This document shows positions 60,134 to 64,000 of a DNA stretch of 64,000 nt, piece by piece (position 1 is the first letter of the stretch; each line of letters starts with the position of its first letter). The notes beneath the pieces were generated by a model. The model worked only from the letters and a program-made list of their open reading frames with translations. It had not been told where the DNA came from and made no database searches. This DNA comes from Felis catus (Eukaryota): contig NC_058377.1 of assembly GCF_018350175.1 (NCBI RefSeq), positions 63,302,001 through 63,366,000 on the forward strand. Direction: 5' to 3'. Both the position numbers and the translations under genes were made by a program.

Positions 60134-60859
60134 GTAAGTGAGGGACCCAGAGTGGGGCTTTGAGCAGAGGGGAAAAAGAAGAAACTTAACGGGTGCCTCC
60201 AGCATCACTTCGAAGTCTAGGGCCAGCTCCCTATTGATTTTAGGCATTAGCCTGAACCCCAAGCTATGCTGGTTGCAGCTGTTTCTTTCTCCCTTTTTGT
60301 CTGCAAATAAACCGAGTGTTCTAACTGTTAATCCCCTTCAGGCAATGCAGAAATTCATGAAAATCAAAAGTCAGCTATAAGGAAGCCAAGGCATCAGAAA
60401 ACAGCTTGAGTTTCCACAGTTTCCAGATCTTTCTCAGATGGTGCTAGAAGCTTCTTTAGTTCTTTTTCTCACTCTTTCATAATCCCTGACCCTCTCCTCT
60501 GGGCCTGCCTAGGGCTGGGTGCTGGATGTTGTGTACAGGTTCTTCCCTCAGGACGCTCCTAGGTGAATGCTTGTCTGAGGGACCTTCCCACACATTTGTG
60601 TGTGAGCTAAGCCAGCCCCAAAGCACATTAGAGTTGGCAGCTCAGGCAAATGCGACATTCATTCTGACCTTTTCAGAGCCTTCTTCCTGCCCTGCCAGTG
60701 TGGGTATCCTGGCCCCTTGAGTGCCAATTGTTTCCCCCAGTCGGGCTCTCATTGCTCCTTTCAAGATTTCAGAGTGTCTACAGAGACCTCCTCTTCTCAG
60801 AGTTCTTTAACACTAGTCTTAGAATTCCCCCCCCCCCCCATCCTCTGGCCTGATTTTCT

Positions 60860-61820
60860 TCTTCTTTTTTTTTTTAATCCTAAAATTATTTATTTATTTA
60901 TTTATTTTTTTAATATGAAGTTTATTGTCAAATTAGTTTCCATACAACACCCAGTGCTCCTCCCAACAGGTGCCCTCCTCAATGCCCCTCACCCACCCTC
61001 CCCTCCCGCCCACCCCCATCAACCCTCAGTTTATTCTCAGTTTTTAAGAGTCTCTTATGGTTTGGCTCCCTCCCTCTCTAACTTTTTTTTTTCCTTCCCC
61101 TCCCCCATGGTCTTCTGTTAAGTTTCTCAGGATCCACATAAGAGTGAAAACATATGGTATCTGTCTTTCTCTGTATGACTTATGTCACTTAGCATAACAC
61201 TCTCCAGTTCCATCCACGTTGCTACAAAAGGCCATATTTCATTCTTTCTCATTGCCAAGTAGTATTCCATTGTGCATATAAACCACAATTGCTTTATCCA
61301 TTCATCAGTTGATGGACATTTAGGCTCTTTCCATAATTTGGCTATTGTTGAAAGTGCTGCTATAAACATTGGGGTACAAGTGCCCCTCTTCATCAGCACT
61401 CCTGTATCCCTTGGGTAAATTCCTAGCAGTGCTATTGCTGGGTCATAGGGTAGATCTATTTTTAATTTTTTTGAGGAACCTCCACGCTGTTTTCCAGAGC
61501 GGCTGCACCGCTCCCACCAACAGTTTGCCTTCCCACCAACAGTTCAAGAGGGTTCCCGTTTCTCCACATCCTCTCCAGCATCTATAGTCTNNNNNNNNNN
61601 NNNNNNNNNNNNNNNNNNNNNNNNNNNNNNNNNNNNNNNNNNNNNNNNNNNNNNNNNNNNNNNNNNNNNNNNNNNNNNNNNNNNNNNNNNNNNNNNNNNN
61701 NNNNNNNNNNNNNNNNNNNNNNNAGAACTGTCTATTCATGTTTTCTGCCCATTTCTTCACTGTATTATTTGTTTTTCGGGTGTGGAGTTTGGTGAGTTCT
61801 TTATAGATTTTGGATACTAG
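60860..61820 (-). mobile_element. Young felid 5'-truncated L1 in a DNHD1 intron
   Basis: ORF2 C-terminal peptide (TPMFIAALSTIAKLWKEPKCPSTDEWIK); perfect 16-bp TSD TCTGGCCTGATTTTCT at 60844-60859 and 61821-61836. Confidence 0.95.
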
Positions 61821-62249
61821 TCTGGCCTGATTTTCTAAGTGCTTTGCAACTTGTCTAGTACACATTCACTGGGAAGAAGGGTAGCTTTACCTTTAATCTG
61901 GATTGGCTTCCTCAGTTTTTGCTCTAAGTTTATGGCTGGGTCAAATTTTTTCCTAAAATCTTAAAGCTGTAATGGTGGACAGATAGGTAGGCTCCTGGGG
62001 CTCTGATAGAAGGGGACAGTGCTGACAATTCATATCTTCAAGATCCCCAGCAGATCCTTTCTTTTTCCAAGACCTGCCCTGTGCCCTGAATATGTTTCCT
62101 GGGAGTATATAACTAAAGTGAGAATGGACTGAGATGTTGGAAAGGGGTCAAGTTCTTTGCTTTTCTCTTTGGACCTGGTAATAAGTCTCTGAGGCCTAGC
62201 TAATGTGGCTTAGCTTGCATGAAGTTCTCCAGGTCTGTTCCTCCAGACA

Positions 62250-63380
62250 TCCATTCATTCAATAAGTATCACTGGAGACCCAGTACGTATTAGGAACTGC
62301 TAGATGCTGGAGATACAGACATGAACAAGACACACTCATTCTCTTTCTTTGGGGTTTTACAGTTCAGTTGGGGGAATAATATTAAATAAGTTGATGCCAA
62401 TAAAATATAATTTCAAATTGTGATAAGTGCTATATAATAAAGAGAACATCGCCTTTCCCCTGGCTGCTCCTGTGTGTGTGTGTATGTGTACGGGTGCGTG
62501 TGTGTGTACATGTAGGGGAAAGCACATCAGAGGCACTTTGGTTTAGATTGAAGTTATTAACAAAATATCTTGCAGGTTATGAGATGAAATAAGAGGAGAG
62601 TTTCAAGGAGGGGGAAGCAGTTAGTATTAAATGCTACTGAAGCAAGTAAGAAAAATCTGAAAAATGTTCATTGGTTTTAGTAACGAGGAGGTTGGTGAGA
62701 GTGATTTATTTCAGGCAGTTTTGTGAAGGGGAAGCCAGATTTTAGTGCATTCAGGAGCAAACGGGAGATAAGGAAGTAGAAATCACATTTTACTATTCTT
62801 TCATGAAGGTTGGCTTGAAAGGGAGAGAGAGATAATGGGACACTGGTGTCTGGATAGGCCTCCTAAAAAAAATAAGATAGATGTTCATAGCCCTTACGAC
62901 AATGCTTGAGAAGTGGGTGTTCAATATTTTTTTGCACAGTGCATGAATAAATATAGGCTAACAATAAGAAAAGAAAGAGATTGAAAATATAGCATGAAGA
63001 GAGGATAAAGGATCCACTTCACAAATGGAGGAATTAGTCTTACAGAGAAGAAAGGGCATTGCTTCCTCTCAAGTTGATTAGGATGGGATTAGGATGGGAA
63101 TCTGGGCAGATAAATGTGTGGGAAAGCAGCTGAACTAGGGGAAGTTAGTTGATGGCCAAGAACCTCAGTGTTCTCTGGGCGGGGAAGGAGTCAGGGAAGG
63201 GAATGAGGTGGGGCCTGGCAGGGCTGGGCATGGGAGTAGGTAGAGGTCTGGAATAGCAGCTGAGGGGACTGAAAGATATAGGGTGCCTGAGGACTTGTAT
63301 GAAGATACCAGAGCAGCATGAGCGCATAATTGAGATCAGATACCAGGAATCCGTCGAGGGGCTGATATTCCTGGTTCAGT
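62250..63380 (-). mobile_element. Degraded L2 relic, apparently resuming after the NUMT
   Basis: cattcattcaataagtat 3' end at ~62250; gggaagccagattttagtg body motif; approximate. Confidence 0.55.
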
Positions 63381-63382
63381 AA

Positions 63383-63613
63383 TCTGAACCAATTTAGATC
63401 ATGTAGGACTCTTAACTGTTGAGGAAATGAAACTTCAGTAGCTGTTACACGGTTCAAATGTCCCGATCCAACATCAAGGTTACAAGCCCTATTGTTGATA
63501 CGAACTTTTAGAATAGGGTGGTACTGTTATCTCTGGGGTAACTTGTTCTGTTGATCTAGGTTTGGGTCAATTAGTGACATTGCTATATACTTGCCTAGTA
63601 TAGTCCAGGTATT
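63383..63613 (-). pseudogene. NUMT: nuclear fragment of mitochondrial 16S rRNA (3' domain)
   Basis: Minus strand reads GATCAACAGAACAAGTTACCCCAGAGATAACAG...TCAACAATAGGGCTTGTAACCTTGATGTTGGATCGGGACAT...AGTCCTACATGATCT, a degraded match to the conserved MT-RNR2 blocks in the same order. Confidence 0.9.
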
Positions 63614-64000
63614 CAGTTTTTGGTTTCTTGAAAAATTAATTTTTATATCAATTTTGTTGGCTGGCGTTGAAGGGTAAAAAGACTGAAAGTACTGGTGTAG
63701 GCTTGAGGGGATTGAAGAATGCACCATTGGATCCTGGCTGGAAAGGAAAGGATGTGAAACTAGAAGTTAGGTGGTGATGGAGGAAGAGCAAGAAAGACTC
63801 ACAGGCATGGAATCATGCAGAGTTGGAAAGCAGGCATAATGGGGGCAATGGTTAGGAGATCTAGGTTAGGAAGCAGTGGTGGAGAAATCAGGCCTGTGGG
63901 CTTGCTAGATGATGAGCTGGGAAAACAAAATATTCCCATTTCATTCAGTATTATATAATAATAGCTTCATAGTAATCATAAGAAGTCCAGAATGATTATT

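Noticed and set aside
61127-61865. ORFs resembling reverse transcriptase C-terminus
   Set aside because: Fragments of a 5'-truncated L1 ORF2, discontinuous and gapped; not a gene.
63454-63474. SHLP6-like micropeptide ORF in the NUMT (minus strand)
   Set aside because: Reads ATG TTG GAT CGG GAC ATT TGA (MLDRDI*), stopping after six codons under the nuclear code; no sign of expression.
1-64000. CRISPR arrays, operons or other prokaryotic systems
   Set aside because: Mammalian intron-exon DNA; all periodic repeats are microsatellites or TSDs.

Overview
Mammalian nuclear DNA, almost certainly from a felid (felid-type Can-SINEs and carnivore L1 3' ends). The gene order matches the known HPX-TRIM3-ARFIP2-TIMM10B-DNHD1 block (human 11p15.4). 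On the minus strand: HPX exons 1-6 (gene runs off the left edge), complete TRIM3 (11 coding exons summing to 2235 nt, 744 aa) and ARFIP2 (three exons partly or wholly in N gaps). On the plus strand: complete TIMM10B (109 aa), sharing a bidirectional ETS/CRE promoter with ARFIP2, and the 5' end of DNHD1. The rest is SINEs, L1 fragments, old L2/MIR, LTRs, a MER63-like DNA transposon, microsatellites and seven N gaps. I see no new multi-gene system. The best leads are: (1) DNHD1 has TTG where human has its start ATG, and an extra 270-nt intron appears to join upstream in-frame ATGs; (2) an old mitochondrial 16S rRNA NUMT in a DNHD1 intron; (3) an L1 with an apparent 3' transduction upstream of HPX; (4) N gaps concentrated on ARFIP2 exons, possibly the shadow of a retrocopy; (5) a tailless SINE head with a TSD; (6) an HPX splice acceptor apparently built on an L2 tail. 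Human comparisons and repeat family names are from memory, not from searches.
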